From an uncultured Acidobacteriota bacterium (lineage in GTDB: Bacteria; Acidobacteriota; Thermoanaerobaculia; UBA5066): a DNA stretch of 64,000 bases. Every line of letters begins with the position of its first letter. Position 1 is the stretch's first letter. The notes under the pieces are model-generated. The model was not told where the DNA came from. It saw only the letters and a program-made list of their open reading frames with translations, and did no database searches. Shown here one piece after another: positions 1 to 9,328 of the stretch. Both the position numbers and the translations under genes were made by a program. Where the stretch lies: positions 1,712,050 to 1,776,049 of the forward strand of contig CAVZYA010000002.1 in the NCBI GenBank assembly GCA_963779415.1, in the 5' to 3' direction.

Positions 1-1176
1 GGGGGCGGAGGTGCCCAGAAGGATGACGGTCGCCGAGGCGCAGACGAGGGCGACCGAGAGGATGAAGAGGACCGAGCGCGAGAAGAAGAGCTCCTCCCGC
101 TCCTTCCCGGTGGCCGGGTCGATCTCGGAGACGACGGGGATCTGCTTCCAGCGCCAGGCGAGAAGGGCGAGGCCGCCGGCGAGGAAACAGATGATGATGA
201 CCCCGAGCAGGTTCTTCAGGCCCGACTCGACGAAGGAATGGACCGAGAAGTCCTGAAGGACGCCCGACCGCGTCAGGAACGTGCCGTAGAGGATGCAGGA
301 GTAGGTGAGGATGGCGAGGAGGATGTTGATCTTCCGGTGCTTCTCGCGCGTCCGCTGCAGGTACATCCCGTGCAGGAGGGCGACGGTGAAGAGCCACGGC
401 ACGAGGGAGGTGTTCTCGACGGGGTCCCACGCCCAGTAGCCGCCCCACCCGAGCGTCTTGTAGGCCCAGTAGCCCCCCATGAGGATCGCGGTGCCGAGCG
501 TGACGAAGGTGAAGAGTGCCCACGGCATCGCGCGGACGACCCAGCCGTCCCACCGCTTCGTCCAGAGGGCGCCGATCGCGAAGGCGAACGGCACCGAGAG
601 AGACGCGAACCCCGCGAACATCACCGGCGGGTGGATCACCATCCACGGGTCCTGGAGGAGGGGATTCAGCCCCTGGCCGTCGGCCGGGATCTGCTCGAGG
701 AACCGGAAGGGGGGCTGCTTGACGAGGATCACGACGATGGCGACGAACGACAGGACGTAGACCGCCATGACGGGGGCTTCCTGCTCCTTCGCCGTCGCCA
801 GGACGAAGAAGCCGATGATCGCGCCCCAGAAGAGCCAGAGCATGAAGGAGCCTTCCTGCCCGGCCCAGAACGTGGAGAAGAGGTAGGAGAACGGAAGGTC
901 GCGCCCCGAGTAGGCCGCCACGTACGTGACGCGGAAATCGTGCGAGAGGAGGAGACCCATCAGAAGGAGGCAGGCGAGGAGGATCGACCCGGCGAAGGCC
1001 GCGTAGAGCCGCCGGGCGAACCCGGTCCAGGCGGCCGCCTCGGCCGCCTGGCCGCCCGCGGACTGGAGGGAGAGGACGCGGACGTAGGTCGCGATCGTCG
1101 CGAGCCCGAAAAGAAGCGCCGCCCAGATGGCGGCGGTGCCGGGGGCGAATCCGATGGAGCGGATCGTGTCGCTCAT
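1..1176 (-). CDS. ccmF: Heme lyase CcmF, 5' part (runs off the left edge)
   Basis: Manual translation from ATG 1176: MSDTIRSIGFAPG...FWAGQEGS...GLNPLLQDPWMVIHPP...WAYKTLGWGGYWAWDPVEN (WWD motif)...TFLTRSG. GGAGG upstream. Absent from the ORF track because no stop lies in the window. Confidence 0.93.
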   Translation of the reverse strand, partial: MSDTIRSIGFAPGTAAIWAALLFGLATIATYVRVLSLQSAGGQAAEAAAWTGFARRLYAAFAGSILLACLLLMGLLLSHDFRVTYVAAYSGRDLPFSYLFSTFWAGQEGSFMLWLFWGAIIGFFVLATAKEQEAPVMAVYVLSFVAIVVILVKQPPFRFLEQIPADGQGLNPLLQDPWMVIHPPVMFAGFASLSVPFAFAIGALWTKRWDGWVVRAMPWALFTFVTLGTAILMGGYWAYKTLGWGGYWAWDPVENTSLVPWLFTVALLHGMYLQRTREKHRKINILLAILTYSCILYGTFLTRSGVLQDFSVHSFVESGLKNLLGVIIICFLAGGLALLAWRWKQIPVVSEIDPATGKEREELFFSRSVLFILSVALVCASATVILLGTSAP

Positions 1177-1186
1177 TTTCCTCCCG

Positions 1187-1581
1187 TCACGCCTTCTTTC
1201 CGTACTGCGTTCGGCCTCTTGCCCCTGGTACTTCGACGGGCACTTCACGAGGAGCTTCTCGGCCTGGAAGGCGCCGTTCTGGTAGCGGCCGATCGCCACG
1301 ATGGAGACCGCCTCCTCGAAGTTGGCCGGCTTGACGTCACGGTACGCGACCGGGAGGGCGACGTTGGTCTTCACGTCGAGGAGCGTGAAATGGAGCGTCT
1401 TCGACTCGATGTCGTAGCGCGAGGTTCCCTTCTCGAGCGCCCCCATCACCTGCACCGTCCGCTGCGAAGCGCGCGCCTCGTCGAACGAGACGTACGGCGT
1501 CATCGACCTCGTGAAGGTCGTGAGGCCGAGGGCGAGGAAGGCGAGGACGACGACGGCGCCGATCCCGTATGCCTTTTTCAT
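1187..1581 (-). CDS. ccmE: Heme chaperone CcmE, CxxxY variant
   Basis: MKKAYGIGAVVVLAFLALG (TM)...KPANFEEAVSIVAIGRY...EKLLVKCPSKY. As assembled it reads in frame into ccmF; the likely true stop is TGA at 1189-1187 after a 1-nt indel. Confidence 0.88.
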
Positions 1582-1733
1582 GGACGATCTTCCCCCGTAC
1601 GAGCGGCGGACGCGGCGCGGATCTTTCGGTCCAGGTAGAGGAGGTAGAGAAAGAGGCCGGCCCAGATGATCAGGTTGACGCCCATCACGTAGAAGAGGGC
1701 GCCCTGCGCCGGGGCCGGGGCGGATGGATTCAT
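1578..1733 (-). CDS. ccmD: CcmD-like small membrane protein
   Basis: MNPSAPAPAQGALFYVMGVNLIIWAGLFLYLLYLDRKIR...: single TM plus basic tail, located between ccmC and ccmE with overlapping stop/start codons. Confidence 0.75.
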   Translation of the reverse strand: MNPSAPAPAQGALFYVMGVNLIIWAGLFLYLLYLDRKIRAASAARTGEDRP

Positions 1734-2393
1734 GAATGGGCCTCCCGGAGAATGCGGGTCACCTTCCGGTCGAGCGCCCAGAGCCAGACGAAGAGGCAGA
1801 CGAAGGCGAGGCTCGACGAGAAGAAGACGGTCCGGATGTCCGAAGACATCTCGACCTTGCCGCGGGCATTGAGAACGGTGTCGGGGTGGAGCGAGGCGTA
1901 CATCCGCGGCACGGCGAACATGAGGAACGGCACCGTGACGAACGCGACGAGGGCGTAGGCGGAAGAGAGCGTCGCCCGTCGCTCGGGGTCCTCGATCGAG
2001 CCGCGAAGCCCGAGATAGGCCCCGTAGACGAGAAGGAGGAGCGCGATCGACGTCTCGCGCGGGTCCCAGTTCCAGTAGGCGTTCCACATCACCCTCGCGA
2101 AGATCGACCCGGTGACCGTCGCGAGAACGCAGAAGACGAAGCCGAGCCGTGCCGCGGCGGACGGCGGCGTCGTCGCTCTCCATCCGCCGCTTCCGGAGAT
2201 AGACCGCCGAGTGCCAGGCCGCGAGGAAGAAGGCGATCGAGGCGACCCACGCCATCGGCACGTGGTAGAAGACGATGCGCGAGGATTCCCCGACGAAGTT
2301 CTGCGCGGGGCGGGCCCAGAGGAACGAGGCCCAGATGATGACGGCCATCGCGAGGCCGAGGACCCACTGACTGACACGTATCACGCCCGGCAA
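1730..2393 (-). CDS. ccmC: Heme export/attachment protein CcmC (one frameshift near 2160)
   Basis: N-part RIVFYHVPMAW in ORF 1578..2393; C-part TGSIFARVMWNAYWNWDPRETS...SLHP in ORF 1730..2377. Confidence 0.88.
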
Positions 2394-2468
2394 CCCCTCA
2401 CCGGCCGATATTAGCCCGGTCCGGGCGAGCCTGTCCGTAGAGCGGTTGATTCATTGACCCGGAAAGGG

Positions 2469-3170
2469 TTACTCCCGCCAGACGGCGTCGAACATCAGGA
2501 AGGCGGCCGTCGTCACCACGCCGTCGTAGGCCACGAGGAGGCGGACGAAATCGAGCCCGGAGGCGAGATCCGTCTCCGTAGCGGCGACCCGCGTCCCGAG
2601 GACGGCGCCGACGAGGGGCGGGAGGAGGAGCGGAACCGCGAGAACGGCGAACATCGTCCCCTTGGCCGAGGCCTTCGAGACGATCGCCGCGGTGAAAGTG
2701 CAGGCCGAGGCGAGGCCGATGTTCCCGAAAACGAGGAGGAGGAAGAAGAGGAGCGGGCTCTGGATCTGGAAGGACATCATCGCGAGGAAGAGCGGCACGA
2801 CGAAGAGGGTCACGGCGAAGAGGAGCGCGAGGTTCGCGAGGAGCTTCCCGAGGAGGACCGCTGCCGGCGGGGCGGCGAGCCGGAGGGCCGCCGCCGTCCC
2901 GGCGTCCTCCTCCTTGACGAAGACGCGGGAGAGCCCCGTCATCGCCGAGAAGAAGAGGACGATCCAGAGGAGGACGGCGTTCACGGTGGGACGGTCCTCC
3001 GGCGAGAGCGTCGCGGGGCCGACCGCGTAGCCGACGAGGACGAGGACGGCGAAGGCGAAGAGGAGGAGCGCGTTCGTCGAGACGCGAGTCCGCCACTCGG
3101 AGAGGAGGTCCTTCAGGAAGAGGGCGCGCGCGGCGCCGAAGACCCCGGGGCGAAGGGCGCTCCCGCTCAC
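2469..3170 (-). CDS. ccmB: Heme exporter permease CcmB
   Basis: LFLKDLLSEWRTR...LSRVFVKEEDAGT...LLGKLLAN, about 6 TM; GTG start overlaps the ccmA stop. Confidence 0.88.
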   Translation of the reverse strand: MSGSALRPGVFGAARALFLKDLLSEWRTRVSTNALLLFAFAVLVLVGYAVGPATLSPEDRPTVNAVLLWIVLFFSAMTGLSRVFVKEEDAGTAAALRLAAPPAAVLLGKLLANLALLFAVTLFVVPLFLAMMSFQIQSPLLFFLLLVFGNIGLASACTFTAAIVSKASAKGTMFAVLAVPLLLPPLVGAVLGTRVAATETDLASGLDFVRLLVAYDGVVTTAAFLMFDAVWRE

Positions 3171-3781
3171 AGCGTCACCCGCTCGGTCGCGAGGGCGAGG
3201 TCGCCCGGGTCGTTCGAGGCGACGACGACGACCCCCCGGGCCCGCTGGGCCGCGACGACGCTCGCGACGACGGCGCGCCCGGCCTCGTCGAGGTTCGAGC
3301 TCGGCTCGTCGAGAAAGAGGACGGCGGGCTCGTGGAGCGTCGCGTAGACGAGCTTCACGCGCTGGCGCTGTCCGGTCGAGAGGGCGCGGAGGGGCGTCGC
3401 GGCGATCCGCTTCGGGTCGAGACCGACCCCTTCGATCGCGGCGTCCGCCCAGTCGCTCCCGGAGGGGCGGCCGTGGAGGCGGGCGAAGAAGCGGAGGTTC
3501 TCCGAGGCCGTCAGCTCGCCGTAGAGCGAAAGGTCGGGGGCGACCCAGCCGATCGACTCCGAGGCGTCGCGCGGGGCGCGCCGCGTCCCCCCTTCTTCGA
3601 CGAAGACGGCGCCGGTCGAGGGGCGGAGAAGGCCTGCCAGCATCTTGACGAGCGTCGTCTTCCCGCTTCCGTTCGGGCCCGCGACGCCGAGGACGCTCCC
3701 CGGCGCGACCCGAAAGGAGAGCGGGCCGACGATCCGGCGGCGGCCGAAGGAGCGGGTCAGGTTCTCGGCGACGAGGTCCAC
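3167..3781 (-). CDS. ccmA: Heme ABC exporter ATPase CcmA
   Basis: Walker A GPNGSGKT, signature LSTGQRQR, Walker B LFLDEP; first gene of the ccm operon. Confidence 0.88.
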   Translation of the reverse strand: MDLVAENLTRSFGRRRIVGPLSFRVAPGSVLGVAGPNGSGKTTLVKMLAGLLRPSTGAVFVEEGGTRRAPRDASESIGWVAPDLSLYGELTASENLRFFARLHGRPSGSDWADAAIEGVGLDPKRIAATPLRALSTGQRQRVKLVYATLHEPAVLFLDEPSSNLDEAGRAVVASVVAAQRARGVVVVASNDPGDLALATERVTL

Positions 3782-3828
3782 GCGACTCGCGGAGGATACC
3801 GAACGCGGCGGTCATAATCCGCGGAGCG
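3782..3828. promoter_or_regulatory. Compact divergent promoter region with back-to-back -10-like hexamers
   Basis: TATCCT (minus, 3798-3793) 11 nt before the ccmA GTG; CATAAT (plus, 3813-3818) 10 nt before GTG 3829. Confidence 0.45.
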
Positions 3829-4515
3829 GTGAGAACGCGCCTCCTGGGGTTCCTTCTTTTCGTCTTCGTCCTCCTCTGGCGGGCGACGCTCCGGATCCGC
3901 GTCGTCGGGGAGGAGCGGCGGGCGGCCGTCTCGGCGGAAGGGGTCCCGATCCTCCACGTCCTCTGGCATCAGCGGATGGTGTTGGGGATCCTCTCGAACA
4001 GGTTACCGGGCGTCCTGACGATGGCCTCGCGAAGCTCCGACGGCGAGGTGATCGCCGAGTTCCTCCGGTTCTGGGGCTATCGCGTCGTCCGCGGCTCGTC
4101 GTCGCGCGGAGGGACGGAGGCGATGCGCGACATGATCCGGGAGGGACGCCTCGGCAGGCGCTGGACGGCCCTGACGACGGACGGTCCGCGCGGCCCCGCG
4201 CGGCGGTCGAAGGGGGGCGTCCTGACCTTCGCGGAGGCCATCGGAGCGGTGGTCCTGCCGGTCGGAACCTCCTCGGCATGGCCGAAATTTCTCCGCTCGT
4301 GGGACAACTTCCTCGTCCCGCTCCCGTTCTCCCGCTGCGCCTGCGTCTACGGCGAACCTCTCCGGCGGGAGCCGAAGGAGCCGGACGAGGCCTTTCTCGC
4401 GCGGCTCGACCGGGCCATCGACTCCGCGACGGAAGAGGCCGACCGGATCTGCGGCGTGACCGGGGCCCCTCGCGGACGCGACGTGCCGACGAAAGGGGAG
4501 GCCGATGACGCCTGA
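3829..4515 (+). CDS. DUF374 / lysophospholipid acyltransferase family protein
   Basis: LWHQR, SRSSDGEVIA, VRGSSSRGG, TDGPRGP, LRSWDNFLVPLPFSR motifs. Confidence 0.8.
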   Translation: MRTRLLGFLLFVFVLLWRATLRIRVVGEERRAAVSAEGVPILHVLWHQRMVLGILSNRLPGVLTMASRSSDGEVIAEFLRFWGYRVVRGSSSRGGTEAMRDMIREGRLGRRWTALTTDGPRGPARRSKGGVLTFAEAIGAVVLPVGTSSAWPKFLRSWDNFLVPLPFSRCACVYGEPLRREPKEPDEAFLARLDRAIDSATEEADRICGVTGAPRGRDVPTKGEADDA

Positions 4516-5488
4516 CCGCCTGACGGTGTCGCCCGAGGACGTCCGCGCCGCCCGGCAAAGGATCGCGCCCTACGTCCACCGGACGCCGGTCGTGACCTCC
4601 CGGACGATCGACGAGCGGGTCGGGGCGCGTCTCTTCTTCAAGTGCGAGACGTTCCAGAAGGTCGGGGCGTTCAAGGCGCGCGGGGCCTTCTCGCGGCTGC
4701 TCCTCCTTTCGCCTGACGAACGGAAGCGCGGCGTGGTGGCTTTCTCGTCGGGGAACCACGCGCAGGCCGTCGCCCTCGCTGCTCGGACGCTCGGCGTCCC
4801 GGCCACGATCATCATGCCTTCGGACGCGCCGGCGCTGAAGCTCGCGGCGACGAGGGGCTACGGCGCGGAAGTTCTTCTCTACGACCGGCGCGAGGAGAGC
4901 CGCGAGGCGATCGCCAGGCGACTCGTCGAGGAGCGGGGCGCGCTCCTCGTCCCTCCATTCGACGACGATGCCGTCATCGCGGGACAGGGGACGCTGGCGC
5001 TCGAGCTGCTCGAGGACGCCCCCGGCCTCGACGTCATCGTGACCCCGTGCGGCGGGGCGGGGCTCCTCTCGGGCGTGGCCGTCGCCGCGAAGGGGGTGGA
5101 CGAGGCGATCCGGCTCTTCGGCGTCGAGCCCGAGGAAGGGGACGACGTCCGGCGGTCCGTCGCGGCGGGAACGCCCGTCTCGATCCCCGTTCCGCGGACG
5201 ATCGCCGACTCTCTCCAGACGACGCGCCCGGCCGAGCGGACGCTCCGGATCGTCCGCGCCCTCGTCGAGGAGGTCGTGACGGTCGCGGACGACGACCTTC
5301 GGCTCGCGATGGCGGTGGCGGCCGTACGCCTGAAGCTCGTCGTCGAGCCCGGCGGCGCGGCCGGCTTCGCCGCGATCCTCGCGGGGAAGATCCCGGCGAT
5401 CGCCGGAAAGCGAGTCGGCATCGTCCTCTCGGGCGGCAACGTCGACCCGGAGCTCTTCGGGCGGCTCGTCGCCGGAACGCCCGTCTAG
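4505..5488 (+). CDS. PLP-dependent threonine/serine dehydratase family protein
   Basis: FKCETFQKVGAFKARGA (PLP Lys), SSGNHAQ, GQGT, GGAGL, VVEPGGA, LSGGNVD. Confidence 0.9.
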   Translation: MTPDRLTVSPEDVRAARQRIAPYVHRTPVVTSRTIDERVGARLFFKCETFQKVGAFKARGAFSRLLLLSPDERKRGVVAFSSGNHAQAVALAARTLGVPATIIMPSDAPALKLAATRGYGAEVLLYDRREESREAIARRLVEERGALLVPPFDDDAVIAGQGTLALELLEDAPGLDVIVTPCGGAGLLSGVAVAAKGVDEAIRLFGVEPEEGDDVRRSVAAGTPVSIPVPRTIADSLQTTRPAERTLRIVRALVEEVVTVADDDLRLAMAVAAVRLKLVVEPGGAAGFAAILAGKIPAIAGKRVGIVLSGGNVDPELFGRLVAGTPV

Positions 5489-6060
5489 AAGTAGACGTCG
5501 ATGCCGGCGCCGACCTGTCCGCTCCGGGAGCTCATCCCGATCGCATTGACCGCGTCGATGTCCAGAAAGACGTAGCGCCCGTCGAGGCGGAGGGAGACGG
5601 TGCGCGAGATGCGGAAGTCGACACCGGCTCCGGCGTGGAGGGCGAACTTGTTCTCGATCGTCCGGCCCTGGGGCTCGAGCGGCCCCTCGCCGGTGCACCA
5701 GACCCGGTAGTAGCCGATCCCGCCGAGGAGGTAGGGCTGGACGCGGAGGTTCGGGAGGAGGTAGGCGAGAAGGGAGAGCTGCACCGGGATCTGCTGGACT
5801 CGAAGGACCGGCGTCCCGGCTTCGTCGTACGTGTCGATCCGGTGCCCGATGAAGAGCTCGAGGCCGAAGACCCCCGTCAGACGCGTGATCCCGAGCGCGC
5901 CTCCGACGAAGGTGGTCCCGGAGCCTCCCGCCGTCCGTGTCGCGGCGCCGAGAAGTCCGGCGCCGATTCCGGGGTCGGCGAACGGCTGCCCCGCCGCGGG
6001 GAGGGGCACGAAGAGCGCTCCGAGAACCGAAGCGAAGGCAAGAACCCGGATCGACCGCAT
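5485..6060 (-). CDS. Small outer-membrane beta-barrel protein
   Basis: Signal peptide MRSIRVLAFASVLGALFVPLPAAG, QPYLLGGIGY, HAGAGVDF, C-terminal aromatic VGAGIDVYF. Confidence 0.75.
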   Translation of the reverse strand: MRSIRVLAFASVLGALFVPLPAAGQPFADPGIGAGLLGAATRTAGGSGTTFVGGALGITRLTGVFGLELFIGHRIDTYDEAGTPVLRVQQIPVQLSLLAYLLPNLRVQPYLLGGIGYYRVWCTGEGPLEPQGRTIENKFALHAGAGVDFRISRTVSLRLDGRYVFLDIDAVNAIGMSSRSGQVGAGIDVYF

Positions 6061-6107
6061 GGCGCGGGGCGAGTCTACGGGGAAATGGCCGATAATCGTC
6101 TCCTTCG
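6061..6107. promoter_or_regulatory. Compact divergent promoter region with back-to-back -10-like hexamers
   Basis: TAGACT (minus, 6077-6072) 11 nt before ATG 6060; GATAAT (plus, 6091-6096) 11 nt before GTG 6108; no SD on either side. Confidence 0.45.
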
Positions 6108-8906
6108 GTGAGACACCGCACCTGGAAGGACGAGCTTGCAACCCTCCTGATCGCCACGGGAGCGCAGTTCGTCGTTCTCCGGGTGGCCGACTGGGCCAAG
6201 GCGAACGGCGGGACGGACGAAATGGCCACCCGGCTCGTCGGGTACCGGTTTTTCTTCCTGCCACAGATCCTCGCGGTCGCGCTCGTCGTCCTCTTCATCC
6301 GGCTCGTCCGGAGCCTTCTCGACTTCCGGGGGGTCCGCCTGCGCGACTGGATCCGCTCCTCGGCGGTCCTCGTCGGCTTCGCCGTCGTCCTCGTTCCGGC
6401 GGCCCATCTCGACCAGGTTCTCGGGTTTCTCGGGGGGACGCTCGGCATTTCTGCGGTCGAGTCCGTCCGGCAGGCCGTCGCCTCGGCGGACTTCTACGTC
6501 CTCCTCGGGCGAAACGCCGTCCTCCGTCTCGCCCTCGACCTCGTCGCCGTCCTCGTCGTCCTCGCCGCGCTCCGGTTCGTCCGGCCGGCGTCTCCCGACC
6601 GCGTCGCCGCACGCGATGCCGCCCACGCGGGGGACTACATTCGCGCGGGCGATCTCTACCTGAAGTCGGGCGACGTCCCGCGTGCCCGGCAGATGTTCCG
6701 GAAGGGAGCGGCGTGGGGGCGCCTCGCGGTGCTCGCCGAGCGCGACGGAAAGGAGAAGGATGCGGCCGCGCTCTACGAGAAGGGAGGCGACGCGTACGCA
6801 TTCGAGGCCGCCCGCGCGTGGGAGGCGGCCGGGGAAGCGGCGCGCGCGAAGGCCCTTTTCGAGGTCGCCACCAGCGCGGCGCGCGCCGGGGCCCGCTGGG
6901 ACCGTCTCGCGGAGGTGGCCGAGGCGACGGGAGATCAGGTCGTCCTCGCGGAGGCGTGCCGCCGGCTCGCCGAGGGACAGCCGACCGGACCCGTTCGCGC
7001 GACACTCTGGAGGCGGTCCGCCGAGGCGTCGCGCGCCGCAGGCCGGCCGGTCGAGGCCGCCGAGGCGTTCCGACAGGCGCAGGAGTTCGAGAAGGCCGGG
7101 GAGATGTATCTCGAGGCGTCCCGACCGGTCGATGCCGTGAAGGCGTTCGAGCGGAGCGGGGCCCTGAGCCGCGCCGCCGCGGCGGCGGCCGCTGCGGGGG
7201 ACAGCCGCGCGGCCCAGGAGCTCGCCGCTCGCGAGGCCGAATCGCGGGGAGACGCGATGGCCGCGGCGGAAGCGTGGTGGAAGGCGGGCCAGGCTCACAG
7301 GGCCGCGACGCTCTACGAGCGGGCCGGGGCTCTTCCCAAGGCGGCCGAGGCGTGGCAGGAAGCGGGGCGGGCGGACCGTGCGGCCTCGCTCTGGGAGAAG
7401 GCGGGAGAGGACTCCCGCGCCGCGGCGGCGTGGGAGGCGGCAGGAAAGCCCGAATCGGCTGCGGGGCTCTGGGCGAAGCTGGGGAACTTCGAGAAGGCGA
7501 CGGCGCTCTACAAGGCGGCGGGCCGCCTCCCGCTCGCGGCGGACGCCCTTCGCGGCGCGGGCCGGAACGAGGAAGCGGCGGCGATCTACTCGCGCGTCGG
7601 GCGGAATCTGGACGCGGCCCGGTGCCTGATCGCGGCGGGGCGTCGCGAGAAGGCGTGGGACGAGCTCGTCACGGCGCCGCGCAACGAGACGGGGGTCACG
7701 GAGGCGTTCCACGAGCTGGCCGAAGCGCACCTCGCGGTCGGGGAGGCGCTCGACGCGGCGCACGTGATGCGGGAGCTTCTGGGACGGAGTCCCGTCACGG
7801 CCGCGAACATCGGGTACTACCGGACGTTCCTCCGGGCGCTCCGCGAAGCCGGAGACCCGTCGGAAGGGGCCGAGCTCCGGCGCGCCGCGGCGTTCGATCC
7901 GTCCGTGCTCGAAGGGAACCCGCTCGTGCCGATCCCCGATTCGGCTGGCGAGCCGGACGAGGAGCTCTCGATGCCCCCCTCCCTCCTCCGGACGCCGCCC
8001 GCTGTCGACCGGCCTCCAGGCCGGCTCGCGATCCGCCCGTCGGGCAGCACCATTCCGGCTTTCTCGACTCCGACCGACTCCGCCCCGCGCCCCGCCATTC
8101 CGCTCGGCACGCCCGAGCGCGTCGAAGAGCGTTACGAGATCCTGGCCGAGCTGGGGCGGGGAGGGATGGGCGTCGTCCACAAGGCGCTCGACCGGAAGCT
8201 CGACCGGTACGTCGCGCTGAAGATCCTGCCGTGGCAGCTCCGGAGCGACGAGACGGCGATGCGCTACTTCATCCGCGAGGCCAAGGCGATCGCGGCGCTC
8301 CGCCATCCGAACATCGTGGCGCTCTACGACTACGGCGAGGGATTCGGGAGCCTCTACCTCGCCATGGAATACCTCGCGGGGCCGAATCTCCAGAAGCTGA
8401 TGAAGTCCGAGCCGGAGCGCCTCCGCCGCCACTGGCGCGAGTGGTTCGTCCAGTCGGCGCGGGGGATCGCCGCCGCGCACGCGAAGGGGATCCTGCACCG
8501 GGACCTGAAGCCGGCGAACCTGCAGCTCGACGAGCACGACATCATCCGGATCCTCGATTTCGGTCTCGCGCTGCCGCAGGCGGACGCGGGGGGGACCTCG
8601 AAGCTGATCGGGAGCCCGGCGTTCTTCCCGCCCGATGTCCTCCGCGGGGAGCTCGCGAGCCCGGCCTCCGACATCTACTCGCTCGGGGCCGCGTTCTACA
8701 CGCTCGCGACGGGGCGCTGGCCCTACGTCGGCGACGACGTCCTCGTCGCGCGTCTCGAGCGCGACCCGGACGATCCGCGCCCCTACGCGCCTTTCCTCTC
8801 CGAGGGTGAGGTGGAGATCCTCCTCAAGTGCCTCGCCCGGCACCGCCCTGACCGCTATCCCGACGGCGGCGAGCTCCTCGGCGCGCTTCTCTCGCTCGAG
8901 GGGTGA
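6108..8906 (+). CDS. Membrane protein with 13-aa helical repeats and a C-terminal Hanks-type Ser/Thr kinase
   Basis: About 4 hydrophobic segments, repeats AAxx(W/Y/F)xxAGxxxx, Pro-rich linker, then LGRGGMGVV, VALK, HRDLKPAN, DFG, SDIYSLG. Confidence 0.88.
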   Translation: MRHRTWKDELATLLIATGAQFVVLRVADWAKANGGTDEMATRLVGYRFFFLPQILAVALVVLFIRLVRSLLDFRGVRLRDWIRSSAVLVGFAVVLVPAAHLDQVLGFLGGTLGISAVESVRQAVASADFYVLLGRNAVLRLALDLVAVLVVLAALRFVRPASPDRVAARDAAHAGDYIRAGDLYLKSGDVPRARQMFRKGAAWGRLAVLAERDGKEKDAAALYEKGGDAYAFEAARAWEAAGEAARAKALFEVATSAARAGARWDRLAEVAEATGDQVVLAEACRRLAEGQPTGPVRATLWRRSAEASRAAGRPVEAAEAFRQAQEFEKAGEMYLEASRPVDAVKAFERSGALSRAAAAAAAAGDSRAAQELAAREAESRGDAMAAAEAWWKAGQAHRAATLYERAGALPKAAEAWQEAGRADRAASLWEKAGEDSRAAAAWEAAGKPESAAGLWAKLGNFEKATALYKAAGRLPLAADALRGAGRNEEAAAIYSRVGRNLDAARCLIAAGRREKAWDELVTAPRNETGVTEAFHELAEAHLAVGEALDAAHVMRELLGRSPVTAANIGYYRTFLRALREAGDPSEGAELRRAAAFDPSVLEGNPLVPIPDSAGEPDEELSMPPSLLRTPPAVDRPPGRLAIRPSGSTIPAFSTPTDSAPRPAIPLGTPERVEERYEILAELGRGGMGVVHKALDRKLDRYVALKILPWQLRSDETAMRYFIREAKAIAALRHPNIVALYDYGEGFGSLYLAMEYLAGPNLQKLMKSEPERLRRHWREWFVQSARGIAAAHAKGILHRDLKPANLQLDEHDIIRILDFGLALPQADAGGTSKLIGSPAFFPPDVLRGELASPASDIYSLGAAFYTLATGRWPYVGDDVLVARLERDPDDPRPYAPFLSEGEVEILLKCLARHRPDRYPDGGELLGALLSLEG

Positions 8907-9055
8907 CGACGCGTTCCCGGCGCGCCAGACATCGGATCTCTGATGCCGTGGGGGATAGAATCCCCGCAGTAACACGATCCTGACGGGCCGCCGGATCACG
9001 CGCCGCCGCGACCGGGTTCGGGTCGAGAGGCTGTGATGAGGTACGGCGCGGCGGG

Positions 9056-9086
9056 TCCCATAAATACGGTAATATGGCTTCCCATA
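9056..9086 (+). promoter_or_regulatory. Putative autoregulatory operator/promoter of the vapBC pair
   Basis: AT-rich patch with inverted repeat CCATA-N10-TATGG (9058-9077) and direct repeat TCCCATA (9056, 9080) abutting the antitoxin ATG. Confidence 0.5.
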
Positions 9087-9328
9087 TGAAGACGACGGTC
9101 GAGCTTCCGGACGAGCTTCTGATCGCCGCGAAGAAACGGGCGGCGGAGACCCGGACCTCGCTGAAGGTGATCCTCTCCCGCGGACTGCAGCGGGAGCTGG
9201 CGCGACCGGCGCCGGCTCCGGCCCGAAGGCGGCGGGTTCGCTGGGTCACCGTGGAGGGCGGGCTCCCTCCCGGCTTGGACCTCTCGGACCGGGAGGCGAT
9301 GCACCGGTTCATCCGTCGCGAACCGTGA
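9086..9328 (+). CDS. VapB-like ribbon-helix-helix antitoxin
   Basis: MKTTVELPDELLIAAKKRAA...; stop overlaps the start of the PIN toxin gene. Confidence 0.8.
   Translation: MKTTVELPDELLIAAKKRAAETRTSLKVILSRGLQRELARPAPAPARRRRVRWVTVEGGLPPGLDLSDREAMHRFIRREP

Noticed and set aside
1-1581. Apparent in-frame CcmE-CcmF fusion
   Set aside because: The linker uses atypical codons (AGT, AGA, AGG). A 1-nt shift gives CAG TAC GGA AAG AAG GCG TGA followed by GGAGG and the ccmF ATG, so a missing base is more likely.
8907-9050. Several short hairpins between the kinase and vapB, possible small RNA
   Set aside because: Stems are only 5-7 bp in GC-rich DNA and match no RNA family I recognise; not supportable without covariance analysis.
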